A DNA stretch of 64,000 nucleotides from Candidatus Moraniibacteriota bacterium (GTDB lineage: Bacteria > Patescibacteriota > Minisyncoccia > Moranbacterales > UBA2206), in NCBI GenBank assembly GCA_030679995.1, contig JAUXSK010000006.1, forward strand, positions 10,328-74,327, written 5' to 3'. A program made the translations under genes and the position numbers. Each line of letters begins with the position of its first letter. The first letter of the stretch is position 1. Shown here one piece after another: positions 1 to 10,139 of this stretch. The notes beneath the pieces were generated by a model. The model was given only the letters and a program-made list of their open reading frames with translations. It did no database searches and was not told the origin of the DNA.

Positions 1-830
1 ATATCCTGCATGTTGCCGCCTGCCAGGTCCAGGCGAACGCCAAGATACTTTTGCCGCAAAACGACCAGGAGAAATGCGGTTTTCCGTTCACTGAAGATAA
101 TCTGGAAAAAATTACCAAGAAAGACGTGGGTCTGCTGGGATGGATCGCCTATGGCGCGGAATTACTTTTTGCCATAGCTTTTTCCGCTGTCGGCTACTAT
201 TTGATAACGCGCCGCGCTTTCCGGGAAAAAGATGGAAGAAAGCGGATTTTTTTCGCGGTCATATTCGCATATTGCGTTTCATTATTGCTCGTGTCTTTCC
301 CTTTCGGCAGGGAGATAAGCCTGCGCTACTTCATCCTGACGGCGTTCGTGCCGTATCTTTTTGTGGCATTGCTCGTGGAGTGGTCGATGGCAAAAACCAA
401 GCCTGCCGTCGTCTGGTCTTTCGTCGGAGCGGTTTTTTTCTATAACCTATATTTTTGCGCGCAGGTTTTCAGCACGTATGCCGGCAGTTCCGGGAATATG
501 ATCGACGGGAGTATGCCGCAAGCCAAGTCGATGGCGGAATATTTAATGGAAAGCTCGGCTCCGCACCGGAGTTTCCAAGTCGGCGGAAAAAACACCGACC
601 TAGGCAGGTTTGTCGACAGGGCTTCATATTTCGTCAATGGGGCAGGAATGTCGATTATCGAACTGGATGATCAAAAAAATGTGGATCCGGAGCTCCCGTT
701 TTTCGTGGCGGTCAGTGAAATGTCAAAAAAATGCCAGATAGCTTCACGTTACAAAGACTACGGGGAAATCGAGGCTTGCAAACAAATAGGGGAGGTGACC
801 ATTTTGAAAATCCGTACGGAGGAAAAATAG
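1..830 (+). CDS. ArnT/PMT-like (GT39/GT83, GT-C fold) membrane glycosyltransferase, 5' truncated by window edge
   Basis: Frame is open from position 3. Its ACQVQANAKIL...SLRYFIL...FVPYL segments align by eye with the C-terminal half of paralogue 2820..4445. Multiple TM segments. Confidence 0.7.
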   Translation, partial: ILHVAACQVQANAKILLPQNDQEKCGFPFTEDNLEKITKKDVGLLGWIAYGAELLFAIAFSAVGYYLITRRAFREKDGRKRIFFAVIFAYCVSLLLVSFPFGREISLRYFILTAFVPYLFVALLVEWSMAKTKPAVVWSFVGAVFFYNLYFCAQVFSTYAGSSGNMIDGSMPQAKSMAEYLMESSAPHRSFQVGGKNTDLGRFVDRASYFVNGAGMSIIELDDQKNVDPELPFFVAVSEMSKKCQIASRYKDYGEIEACKQIGEVTILKIRTEEK

Positions 831-948
831 CCCCATCCTGCACGACGGAGGCGATAGCGCGGGTGTGTTTTCTAGCTTGTGCACTCTGCTTGTTTTGTGA
901 TATTGTCGGGTAGAAAGGGCTGTAAGCGGTTAATTAATTTATTTTTTT

Positions 949-2796
949 ATGGACAATCTTAAGGAAATCATCCGGAAACATCGGACCCTGATCGTACTAT
1001 CGGCCATCCTAGCCGTAGCGGTATTTCTTAGACTGTATAATTTAGGTGAATGGCTTTTTTTCCAAGCTGATCAGGCGCGTGACCTGAATCTGGTCGCCCG
1101 GGCGATCGATAGGGGGCCGGAATATTTGCCACTTCTCGGGCCGAAAGCGGGTGGAACGTTCTTGCGCCTGGGTCCGGTTTTCTATTATTTCGAATATCTG
1201 GCCGCTTTGATTTTCGGCTTGGGCAGTCCGGCCGTCACGGCATATCCTGACTTGTTTTTTTCGATATTATCCGTTCCGCTGTTATTTTTATTTTTGAAGG
1301 AATTTTTTTCAAAAAAATATTCCTTGCTTTTGACGGCCGGATATGCCGTGTGCTTTTTTGAGATCCAATACGCCCGCTTCGCCTGGAATCCTAATTCATT
1401 GCCGTTTTTCAATCTGCTCTTTTTCTATGCCGCATTTAAGATTTTTCAGACGGATGATCAAAAAGCTAAAACTTGGTGGGCGGTCCTGATCGGCGTCGCA
1501 TATGCGATAGTCAGCCAATTGCATTTTGTAAGCCTATTGAGTTTGCCGATCGCGTTAGTCGTTATTTTCTTGATCCGCAAGATTTTTTTCAAAAACAAAC
1601 GCGAAAAATGGTGGAAATATGCGGGCATAATAGTCCTGATTTGCATCGTGCTGTATATCCCGGCCATCTTGAGCGATATCCAGACTGATGGGAATAATGC
1701 GCTTAATTTCCTGAAGTCGCTCGCAGAGAAAGGTGATGGATCTTCCAATCTGGTTTCATTACTATCGAAGGACATATTCGTATTTTCAAAATACCTATTG
1801 GTCATACTTTCCGGCATCGTGGACGCTTCAAAATCGACGATAAACATTTTCAGCGGAACGCTTGTCCTATTTGCGATAGCCGGAATCGTCGCGTTTAAAA
1901 AAGAAACTGACAAGGAGCGCAGATTCTTCATCTCATTGGTGTTCATATGGTTCGTAGCCTATTTCATAACTTATGTTCCGCTTGGATCAAAGTTGCAGCC
2001 GAGGCATTTTTTGGTCATCCTTCCGTTAGCTTTTGTTTTTGTCGGCGCTTTGGCATATGCTTTGGAAAAAATAGCCAAATCCAGATATATGGCGCATATG
2101 GCGCTGGCCATATTACTTATGCCTATCATTGCTAATGCCTATAGCATGCAGGTTTGGTTCGCTGAAATTGCCGATTCCCAGAAGAAAATATCGACCTACC
2201 GGAAGTCGTCTTTATTGAAATCGGTCGGCGGCGAATCTTGGTGGCATCTGGAAAGAACCGCGGAATTTATGCGCGATGATTGTGATAAAAACAAAATGGT
2301 TATTATACTGCCCAAAGAAAGCTACCGGAGCTTGTATGATTACGCGATGGAATATGTGGGGGAAAAAAGGCCCTATAGCATACAATGGGGATCATTTGAC
2401 AGGAAAAATGACGCCTGTTTCTATGTGATCGGGTTTGCGAAAAACGATATATCCGACAGATTCGGAGGCGTGCTTCAAAAAATAAGATATGTCCATTTCG
2501 GGGATGTGGCGGTGACGCGTTTCGATATCGCCAATGATCCGGATATTAAAAATATCAAGAATCCGTTTAAAAAAAGCGGCGGCAAAGAAATCGAAGTCGG
2601 ATATTATAGCGATATGGCTGCGGCTGATCCCGGCTACATTTCTGAGGATGAAAGCAGCAGCAACGATAGCGCGGAGGATGTCGCCGGCACGGATGGCGAT
2701 GTTGATTCATCCGGAGATGCAAATTCATTCCTGGATAGTGTCGGACGGGAGGAGCGTCTTTTTTGGAAAGATCTGTTTGACGGCAAGACCGAATAA
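949..2796 (+). CDS. ArnT/PMT-like (GT39/GT83) membrane glycosyltransferase
   Basis: FLRLYNL...DQARD, LGPKAGG, GPxFYY and RFAWNPN motifs; many TM helices; acidic C-terminal tail. Confidence 0.8.
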   Translation: MDNLKEIIRKHRTLIVLSAILAVAVFLRLYNLGEWLFFQADQARDLNLVARAIDRGPEYLPLLGPKAGGTFLRLGPVFYYFEYLAALIFGLGSPAVTAYPDLFFSILSVPLLFLFLKEFFSKKYSLLLTAGYAVCFFEIQYARFAWNPNSLPFFNLLFFYAAFKIFQTDDQKAKTWWAVLIGVAYAIVSQLHFVSLLSLPIALVVIFLIRKIFFKNKREKWWKYAGIIVLICIVLYIPAILSDIQTDGNNALNFLKSLAEKGDGSSNLVSLLSKDIFVFSKYLLVILSGIVDASKSTINIFSGTLVLFAIAGIVAFKKETDKERRFFISLVFIWFVAYFITYVPLGSKLQPRHFLVILPLAFVFVGALAYALEKIAKSRYMAHMALAILLMPIIANAYSMQVWFAEIADSQKKISTYRKSSLLKSVGGESWWHLERTAEFMRDDCDKNKMVIILPKESYRSLYDYAMEYVGEKRPYSIQWGSFDRKNDACFYVIGFAKNDISDRFGGVLQKIRYVHFGDVAVTRFDIANDPDIKNIKNPFKKSGGKEIEVGYYSDMAAADPGYISEDESSSNDSAEDVAGTDGDVDSSGDANSFLDSVGREERLFWKDLFDGKTE

Positions 2797-2819
2797 TTTT
2801 TTTAAAAATAATCCTGCGT

Positions 2820-4445
2820 ATGTATAAATTTTGGCAAAATCTGACCCTAGGAAAAAAAACGATCCTAATTTTGGCCGTTATCATACTGGCCGGTTTTATT
2901 TTCCGCACGTATAATTTTTCCGAATGGCTGCGGTTCAATATGGACCAATCGCGCGATATCAGCGTGGTTGAAGATTCAATCATGGAAAATTCCTGGCCTT
3001 CCCTCGGACCGAAAGCGGGTGGCACCGATTTCAAGCTCGGGCCGGCTTTCTACTATTTCCAAATCATCTCGGCTAAGATATTCGGCGCCACTCCCGAAGC
3101 GGCCGCGTACCCGGACCTGTTTTTCTCCTTGCTTTCGATCCCGCTATTTTTCCTATTAGCCAGGATTTATTTCAACCGGCCTATCTCATTGTCGCTGGCT
3201 TGGCTGTTTTCAATCTCATATTTCGTCATAAAATATTCCCGCTTCGCTTGGAATCCGAATTCAACCCCGTTTTTTACGATGCTTTTCCTCTATGCCGTCT
3301 ATCGCATCGGCGACTCGCAAGGAAGTAGGAAGATCTGGTGGGCGGTTATAGCGGGTGTCGCGATGGGAATCGGCATCCAGCTCCACACCACGCTATTGAT
3401 AATTATGCCGATCGGCGCGCTGTTTTTCGCATATTACCTTTTCAAGGACGGATCACTTACGAAAGGTTGTGTTATCGCGGTTGTGGCCGGAGCATTGTTA
3501 GTCAACGCTCCCCAAATCGCCAGCGAGCTTCAAACGGGCGGAATGAATACGCGCATTTTCATCCTGAGCGTTACTGAGAAAAATGAGCGCAATACCAGTA
3601 TGTTGGATAATTTAGCTTTGGATGTGTCTTGTCATATCCGGGCCAATTATGGCATCCTAGCTGCCTATGGCAATGAAGAAGAATGCGGATATGGCGACCT
3701 TGTGAATCGGATGGAGAAGTTGGATAGTAAAAGGGTTCCGTTGGCTGACAAGGCCATCTTCGTAGTATACGTATTTGCAGCGGCAGTCTTTTCCATCGGA
3801 GGGTATTATCTCGCGTTCCGTGAGTTAAAAAAACAAGAAGACAAGGCGAAAAAACTTTTTGCCAAATTGGCGGCGACTTATACGATCCTGACTTTCCTAT
3901 TTTTCATAGTCTGGGCGACCGAATTGTCGATGCGTTTTTTCTTGATTTTGGAATTCGTCCCGTTCCTTCTTCTGGGATTCTGGCTGAAATTCTTGTGGGG
4001 AAAAGCGGATAGGCGCTGGTTAGCGATCGCGCTGGTCATCGTGGCTTCATTTTTCAATTTGCAAAAAAACTTTGCGGTTTTCCGCGATTTGCAGTTCGGC
4101 GGGCGCGAAATCAACGGTGATTTCGAATATATCACCTTGGGCGAGGTGGATTTCATAGTGGGATATATGCGGGACAATGTCGCCGGGGGTAAAACTGCGT
4201 ATGTTGACGCGCAGGCTGGGTATCTTTTTAAATCATTGAAATCTTTGCGTTTCGTCGCGAAAAAATCGGATTTGGAAGTGGTCGAATTGAGCGAGGACGT
4301 GAAATTGGCGGGCGGATCGCAATTGTTCTATTTGAGGAATGCCGAGGAGAAATGCGAATTGCCGTCCAAGGTTTCGAAAAAATATGAAATTAAAAACTGC
4401 TCAGTTTATCGGCAGTTTTCAGTCTTTGATTTGAGGGTGAAGTAG
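2820..4445 (+). CDS. ArnT/PMT-like (GT39/GT83) membrane glycosyltransferase
   Basis: DQSRD, LGPKAGG, GPAFYY, SRFAWNPN and QLH motifs; paralogue of the upstream gene. Confidence 0.8.
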   Translation: MYKFWQNLTLGKKTILILAVIILAGFIFRTYNFSEWLRFNMDQSRDISVVEDSIMENSWPSLGPKAGGTDFKLGPAFYYFQIISAKIFGATPEAAAYPDLFFSLLSIPLFFLLARIYFNRPISLSLAWLFSISYFVIKYSRFAWNPNSTPFFTMLFLYAVYRIGDSQGSRKIWWAVIAGVAMGIGIQLHTTLLIIMPIGALFFAYYLFKDGSLTKGCVIAVVAGALLVNAPQIASELQTGGMNTRIFILSVTEKNERNTSMLDNLALDVSCHIRANYGILAAYGNEEECGYGDLVNRMEKLDSKRVPLADKAIFVVYVFAAAVFSIGGYYLAFRELKKQEDKAKKLFAKLAATYTILTFLFFIVWATELSMRFFLILEFVPFLLLGFWLKFLWGKADRRWLAIALVIVASFFNLQKNFAVFRDLQFGGREINGDFEYITLGEVDFIVGYMRDNVAGGKTAYVDAQAGYLFKSLKSLRFVAKKSDLEVVELSEDVKLAGGSQLFYLRNAEEKCELPSKVSKKYEIKNCSVYRQFSVFDLRVK

Positions 4446-4452
4446 GGAAGTA

Positions 4453-5973
4453 TCAAGCTCCGGGTTCGTTGCCGGAAAGTTCCTGTTCGATATCTTCTTT
4501 TTTGCGCTTCTTCACCAAAGACATAAAGTGGTTTATGTCTTTTTCGGTCAAGCCCTTCATCAGATAGAGAGTGAAGAGATAGACGGCGAAAATTATGGCC
4601 GCGGTCGCGATGAAAAAATACCGGCCGGATGGTAAAATAATGGTAAGTAGATAAGCGAACGCGCCGGTGAGCGCGACTTTGGAGGTTTCGCCGAGGCCGA
4701 GGCCGGCATCAAAATATTTTTTAGTCCAATAAAGCATCAGAAGCATAATAGCGAAAGAGGTGGCGGTCGTGGCGTAGGCGGAACCAAGGATGCCTAATTT
4801 ACGGATAAGCCAATAATTAGTCGCGATGTTCAGGGCCAGGCCGGCGAAGGAAATCCACATAGCCGTCTTGGTTTTTCCGGCGCCGTTCATTGCGAAACTG
4901 AGCACATAAAAAATCGTCAGGCAACCGACGCCGTAGACCAGGATCGCCATCGGCTCCGCACCAGCCAGATATTTCCGGCCATAGAGCAGTTGGAGGATTT
5001 CCTGGGAATAGGCGGACATCAGGACGATCATCGGCACCAGTAAAATCAGCATAATGCGCAAAGCGTTGTCGATGATGTTTTTGGCATTTTTGAAATTGCC
5101 ATTGACGCTAGCCTTGGAAACCATCGGCAACAAGAAAACAGTCATCGCGTAAAAAATATAATAGGGGATGCGTCCGACGGTAAGAGAGGCATTATATATG
5201 CCGGTCAGGGCGTCATCGCGCAAGATCGCTTGGACCATATATAAATCGATGCTGATCAACAGTTCGTAGGCCAGGAAAAAAACCACCACTTGCCAGCCGT
5301 AGTTGACCAGCTTGCGCCAATTGAAGTCGGTTTTGCCGGCCGTGGAAATCTGTTTCTGTTTTTCCAGTGCCGGGGAAACTTTGAATTTATCGATCAAGTA
5401 GGCGATCGCGAAAACTGAAAAAGGCGCGATGACATAGCCGGAAATCGAACCCTTGAGACCGAAAATGAAAGCCAATCCGACGACGAAGGCGATGCGGAAA
5501 ACGGACCGGATGGTTTTGAGGGTGGCCTGGGTATTGAACCGGTGCAGGCCGGTGTAGTAGGAAAAATAGAAAGAAGCGGCGGCGAAAGCTGGGATAATCA
5601 GGGTTGAGAAACGGAAGAGGGGAGCTAGAGTCGGATCGCCGAGTGCGGCGGCAATTAGGCCGGCGCTGGCATAGAAAACGACCGTGATGGTGCCGACGAT
5701 CAGGGTTTGCAGGATGATGGCCTGTTTTTTGATCCGCAAAACCAGGCGCGGGTCGGTTTCGAAAATTTCACTGATATATTTGGCCATAGCGGTCGGGATG
5801 CCGTTGCCGATAAGGACGATCACCATCGTAGTGAGGGTGATGACGAGGCCGTAGCGTCCGTAGTCTGCCGGGCCCAAAACGCGCCCCAGGATACTATGGA
5901 TGATGAAACCGGACAGATTGAAGATGATTTCGGAAAACGTGACCCAGAGAGCGGATTTTGCGATGCTTGACAT
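4453..5973 (-). CDS. Wzx-type polysaccharide flippase (MOP superfamily)
   Basis: About 12-14 TM segments; LGRVLGPADYGRY and GIYNAS motifs. Confidence 0.85.
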   Translation of the reverse strand: MSSIAKSALWVTFSEIIFNLSGFIIHSILGRVLGPADYGRYGLVITLTTMVIVLIGNGIPTAMAKYISEIFETDPRLVLRIKKQAIILQTLIVGTITVVFYASAGLIAAALGDPTLAPLFRFSTLIIPAFAAASFYFSYYTGLHRFNTQATLKTIRSVFRIAFVVGLAFIFGLKGSISGYVIAPFSVFAIAYLIDKFKVSPALEKQKQISTAGKTDFNWRKLVNYGWQVVVFFLAYELLISIDLYMVQAILRDDALTGIYNASLTVGRIPYYIFYAMTVFLLPMVSKASVNGNFKNAKNIIDNALRIMLILLVPMIVLMSAYSQEILQLLYGRKYLAGAEPMAILVYGVGCLTIFYVLSFAMNGAGKTKTAMWISFAGLALNIATNYWLIRKLGILGSAYATTATSFAIMLLMLYWTKKYFDAGLGLGETSKVALTGAFAYLLTIILPSGRYFFIATAAIIFAVYLFTLYLMKGLTEKDINHFMSLVKKRKKEDIEQELSGNEPGA

Positions 5974-6007
5974 AATGTTGATTTAGGTGTATAATACAAT
6001 ATCGTGC

Positions 6008-6640
6008 CTAACTTTGAGCCTGTGCTATTTTTTCCTTTATTTCGGCAAAGACGGTTTCTGGGTAGCGGTTGCCATCGATTATCTCGGCACCGGTGAAATT
6101 TTGGAAATATTGATCATATAATCTTTTTTTATCAATGAGGTATTGCAGTCCTTGGTCCGGCTGGCGCCGGCGTCGCATTATCGCTTCCGGGTCAGTGTCG
6201 AGATAGAACGAAGTCGGATTCCCAATTTCCAATTTTGAAATTTTAAGAAATTCGCTTTTTTCCAGATAGCGGATATTGACGATATTGTCCCAAAAAAACC
6301 GGTCACTGAGGATATAGTCGTAATTTTCTTTGCGCAACCTGTCGCTTAACGAGCTGAATCGCCGCAGGTCGATCAGGAGCGCCAGTTTCCGGAGCTGGAT
6401 TCGGATCCAATCGGCTTTCGTGACACTTTTTTTGATATGTGGCTGAGCCTGGCATAATCCTTTTATTTTACAAATCAAGCAATATTTTTTCTTTAATTCC
6501 GCCAATTTGGTGGCGATGCCGAATTCGATGGCATGGAAATAAAAAACCCGCTTACCTTGCGATTCAAGATAAGTTTTGAGCATTTGGATTTGGGTGGATT
6601 TGCCCGATCCGTCCAATCCGGAGATAGTGATTATGTTCAT
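6008..6640 (-). CDS. tmk: thymidylate kinase-like P-loop nucleotide kinase
   Basis: N-terminal ISGLDGSGKSTQ P-loop, LSDRF motif, C-terminal IIDGN. Confidence 0.65.
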   Translation of the reverse strand: MNIITISGLDGSGKSTQIQMLKTYLESQGKRVFYFHAIEFGIATKLAELKKKYCLICKIKGLCQAQPHIKKSVTKADWIRIQLRKLALLIDLRRFSSLSDRLRKENYDYILSDRFFWDNIVNIRYLEKSEFLKISKLEIGNPTSFYLDTDPEAIMRRRRQPDQGLQYLIDKKRLYDQYFQNFTGAEIIDGNRYPETVFAEIKEKIAQAQS

Positions 6641-6865
6641 ATTTCGGTGGAATTATAGTAATATACGCGTGTGAGCCGGGTGTTTGCGATCGCATCAAAA
6701 TCATAACACAAATGGGCAACTAAGCCAATAAATTGGTGGGTGTGGATAGTGTTAAATGGGATAAATATGATTGCTTTATCCTCCGTATGATTTTTGTGGA
6801 ATAAAAAACGCCTCAACCTTGCGGTAATATTGGCGAAAATTGATGGTTTATCCATCCTTGTTTTA

Positions 6866-7066
6866 CTAATCTGGCATTGTTTCCCAGACCGATATGTCGT
6901 TCTTGAAACCGGCATCGGCATACATCTGATTCGCGAGTTTTTCAGACATCTTCGCAATTATGATCATTCCTTCCTTATCGCTATGCGTAATCGGCGCATC
7001 GTGTTTCAGTAAAAATACAAGGACTTTGTCATAGTCCTCAAAAGAACATACGGAAATATGCATCAT
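6866..7066 (-). CDS. small hypothetical protein
   Basis: 66 aa ORF between rtcB-like and tmk-like genes, with AGGAGG about 9 nt upstream of ATG. Confidence 0.5.
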   Translation of the reverse strand: MMHISVCSFEDYDKVLVFLLKHDAPITHSDKEGMIIIAKMSEKLANQMYADAGFKNDISVWETMPD

Positions 7067-7118
7067 TGTTCATATCCTCCTGGCTTGGATTTTGTTTTAT
7101 GTCAGTGTCGTTTAATTT

Positions 7119-8612
7119 TCAATACATCAGCACCGCTACCGGTTCCATTTTGGCTACGGCTTTCACGATTTGGTTATCTTCCATCCCGGCGATGACTTCC
7201 TCCACGTCTTTATAATAGGAGCTGTCTTGCATTATGACGCCTGAAGATTTGGCGTTGAAAAGTTTGACATGGCTCTTCTTCATTTTTTTGAAAAGCGTTT
7301 CCTTATCGAGTGACGCATCGGCCAAGGGATTTTTCCGGCGACCGGTCCCATGGCTGGCTGAAAAGAAGCTGGATTGATTGGCATCGGTACCGGCGCAGAT
7401 ATAGGCCGGGGTGCTCATCGAAGATGGGATGAAAACCGGTTCCCCAGTCTGGGAGAAGAGCGGATGGTTCATCCGGGCCGGGCCGTTGGCGCGCACGGTG
7501 CCATTGCGATGCACCCAGACGTCCTTGCCGAAATGGTTTTTTTCACGATGGACGAAAACGTGGGGCATATCATAGAGCATATCAAGCTCAGGATTTTTGT
7601 CCAGAACCTTTTCAATCGCCATATCCAGCTGATGGGTAAGGATGGAGCGGTTGGCGTAGCCTTGGTTGGCGGCGGCGTTGTGGGAGGTTATGAATAGTTT
7701 GCCTTCCAGGCTTTGGTCGTCGTAGGAAAAATATTCTTTGGCATCCTTGAAAGATTCAATTTTTTTCCACAAGGCTTTGAATTCTTTCTTGTAGTCGGTT
7801 TGGAAAAGAAATTTGCCGATTTCCAAAATTATTTTCTGGCTCAGGTGTTCCTTTCGCTTGGGGGTGTAGAGGTAGGAAGCGTATTGTCCCAACAGTCCGG
7901 AACCGGTATGCAAGAGGAAGATGTATTGTCCTTCTTTCAAACCGAATTTTTCGGCGATTTCCGGATCGCGGATTTCGGTGACTTTCATCAGGTCCAGGAA
8001 ATGGTTGCCGGCGGCGCCCAAGATGCCCAATCGGTATTGGCCGATATGCAAGAATAATTTGGGAATCGCGTTGAGGATCTCTTTTTCGGTCGGAATTTCT
8101 GAGAAAAAATTGCCGCCGGCAAAAGTATTTTCAATTTCATTTTTGGTGCGCATTTTGAAAAAATCGCGGACCGGCTCCACGCCTTTGCGGCAGATATCCA
8201 TTATCAAAGAATAGGGGACCTTGGTGCCGACATAGGCTTTGGTGGGGATGACACGCACCAATTCCTGGAAAATCCGGTCGATATTCCCGGAAGTCAGATC
8301 GGCATCGGTAAGATTGGTTTTCAAAAAACGCATCCCGCAATTGGGCGCAGTGTCGTTGATTTGCGGCAAAAGATGGTGCTCGGAGGCGATGACGGTGCCG
8401 GTGGGATTTTTGCGTCCCTTCTTGCTGTGCACGTCGCTCATCGCGGCTACGTGATGGAAAATATGCGGATCGGAGGCGACGCCTTCAATTTCAGCCAGCG
8501 TAGCGTCGCTGGGCATCAGGTCGTCGGAAACATGCAGGATGGCCGGTATTTCCATCGCGTCGGTTTTAAATTCCTTTTTATGGGCGGAGAGGTTTTTGAT
8601 TTGATAAGACAT
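7119..8612 (-). CDS. rtcB: RtcB-family ligase, divergent
   Basis: MSDVH, NCGM, GNHF, HTGS, VHRNG, PSSMS, SHGTGR and YKDVEEV motifs. Start placed at ATG 8612 (MSYQIK) to avoid overlap with the upstream gene. Confidence 0.85.
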   Translation of the reverse strand: MSYQIKNLSAHKKEFKTDAMEIPAILHVSDDLMPSDATLAEIEGVASDPHIFHHVAAMSDVHSKKGRKNPTGTVIASEHHLLPQINDTAPNCGMRFLKTNLTDADLTSGNIDRIFQELVRVIPTKAYVGTKVPYSLIMDICRKGVEPVRDFFKMRTKNEIENTFAGGNFFSEIPTEKEILNAIPKLFLHIGQYRLGILGAAGNHFLDLMKVTEIRDPEIAEKFGLKEGQYIFLLHTGSGLLGQYASYLYTPKRKEHLSQKIILEIGKFLFQTDYKKEFKALWKKIESFKDAKEYFSYDDQSLEGKLFITSHNAAANQGYANRSILTHQLDMAIEKVLDKNPELDMLYDMPHVFVHREKNHFGKDVWVHRNGTVRANGPARMNHPLFSQTGEPVFIPSSMSTPAYICAGTDANQSSFFSASHGTGRRKNPLADASLDKETLFKKMKKSHVKLFNAKSSGVIMQDSSYYKDVEEVIAGMEDNQIVKAVAKMEPVAVLMY

Positions 8613-8640
8613 AAATGGACCGTTAAGACGGATTAAATAC

Positions 8641-9762
8641 TTATAATTTTTCGTAAATTTTTTCGTAGACGGCGGCGACTTTCTTGATATCGAAATTTTC
8701 TTCGCAGAATTTCCGCCCTTCTTCACCGAGGATTTTTCTTTTTTCCGGGTGGTCTTGCAGGTTGAAAATTTCATCGGCTAATTCCCGGATATTTCCGGCA
8801 TGGACGGTGATGGAGTTTTTTTCATTAGCGAATTCTTTGAGGATCGGCAAATCGGAAACGATCACTGGTTTTTTGCAGGCCATCGGTTCTACGGCGGCCA
8901 GCGGGATGTCGAATTTTCCGTGCATATTCCGAACGGGGAAAATGACGATGTCGGAGAGGTTGTAGAGCTTGGCCATATCGGAGAAGATGTCAATAAAAAC
9001 CACGCGGTCCAATACCTTGTTTTCAGTGAATTTTTTGACCACCCATTCCTTTTTAGCTATCGCTGCGGGATCATTTTTCAGGCGGAAAGCTAAAATTATC
9101 TTTATATTCCTTTCCCTGAATTTTTCGGCTTGTCCGATCACCATTTCCACCATATCATCCGTAGCTCCCAGTCTGACATATTCACCCGCGAAGGTTACGA
9201 TAAAGTCTTCCTTGGTCAGTCCTAAATCATCCAAAATCCCGAGATCTTTCTCTTGGGGAGAATAATATTCCAGGTCGATTCCGGGATAGACCCGCTTGAC
9301 ATTTTTGAATCCCAGGCTGTTAAGTTTGTTTTTAGCATAGTCCGAATAAGTTATGATGAGATCGGCAAAAAGCATTTCTGCGTAATCCTTGTCTTGGAAC
9401 AAATCTTCGCGCAAAGTGGCGATGGTCTGGATGGTGCGGGCTTTTTTGTCCTTCACGAAAGTTTTGAAACCGAAAGCATTGAGTTTGTTGGGGGTGAGCA
9501 TAAAATGCATAATATCGAAATCTTTTCTGATGCGCATCAGCTTCAATAGACGGGCGCGTTGCAGCCAAGAAAGGTGGTTGGAGGTGTAAATCGGCCTTTG
9601 GCGCACGCTGGATGGCAGATCAGGCACGAGACCATTGGTTAAAAGATTAATTTCCACGCCGGAAATATTACGCGCCAGATAGTAAGCGAAATTTTTGGAA
9701 GCTTCGTCCCAAGGCGGGGCGATGGGCCGCGTGACCAGTAATATTTTTTTACGGATAGTCAT
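8641..9762 (-). CDS. glycosyltransferase family 4
   Basis: GT-B fold: YPGIDL, PLAAVEPMACKKPVIVSD. Confidence 0.85.
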   Translation of the reverse strand: MTIRKKILLVTRPIAPPWDEASKNFAYYLARNISGVEINLLTNGLVPDLPSSVRQRPIYTSNHLSWLQRARLLKLMRIRKDFDIMHFMLTPNKLNAFGFKTFVKDKKARTIQTIATLREDLFQDKDYAEMLFADLIITYSDYAKNKLNSLGFKNVKRVYPGIDLEYYSPQEKDLGILDDLGLTKEDFIVTFAGEYVRLGATDDMVEMVIGQAEKFRERNIKIILAFRLKNDPAAIAKKEWVVKKFTENKVLDRVVFIDIFSDMAKLYNLSDIVIFPVRNMHGKFDIPLAAVEPMACKKPVIVSDLPILKEFANEKNSITVHAGNIRELADEIFNLQDHPEKRKILGEEGRKFCEENFDIKKVAAVYEKIYEKL

Positions 9763-9763
9763 A

Positions 9764-10138
9764 TTATTCTTGCATATTTTTATAAATTTCCTGCGTGTCC
9801 GTGCCGGTGGAAACCCGGATGGTCATTTTTTTATCGGATACGGTTACTAGGGGGCTCAATTCTTTTTTTTCTCCGGTTTGTATCCCGACATCGCCTTGGG
9901 AAATTTTTTCCGTATTGTCGGCCAGGATCTCCCAATGGAAATCTGTCTGGGAACTGAAATTTTCAATGACGAAATCCAACCGGTCAGATTTAGGATCGGC
10001 GAAAGATACGGCATACCAATCGGTGTTGTAGTCCGGGCTGTTATAGCGCGAATCGATGGCAAATAAATAGACGGAACTCGCCAGGAACAGCGCCAGGAAG
10101 AAATAAATAAAATTGTTATTTGGGTTCATTTTCAACAT
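9764..10138 (-). CDS. hypothetical membrane-anchored/secreted protein
   Basis: N-terminal hydrophobic helix followed by a beta-rich domain; tightly packed in the operon. Confidence 0.6.
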   Translation of the reverse strand: MLKMNPNNNFIYFFLALFLASSVYLFAIDSRYNSPDYNTDWYAVSFADPKSDRLDFVIENFSSQTDFHWEILADNTEKISQGDVGIQTGEKKELSPLVTVSDKKMTIRVSTGTDTQEIYKNMQE

Positions 10139-10139
10139 A

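Noticed and set aside
8613-8774. N-terminal 54 aa of the 551-aa RtcB ORF
   Set aside because: It overlaps the upstream GT4 gene and has low complexity. ATG 8612 is the more plausible start.
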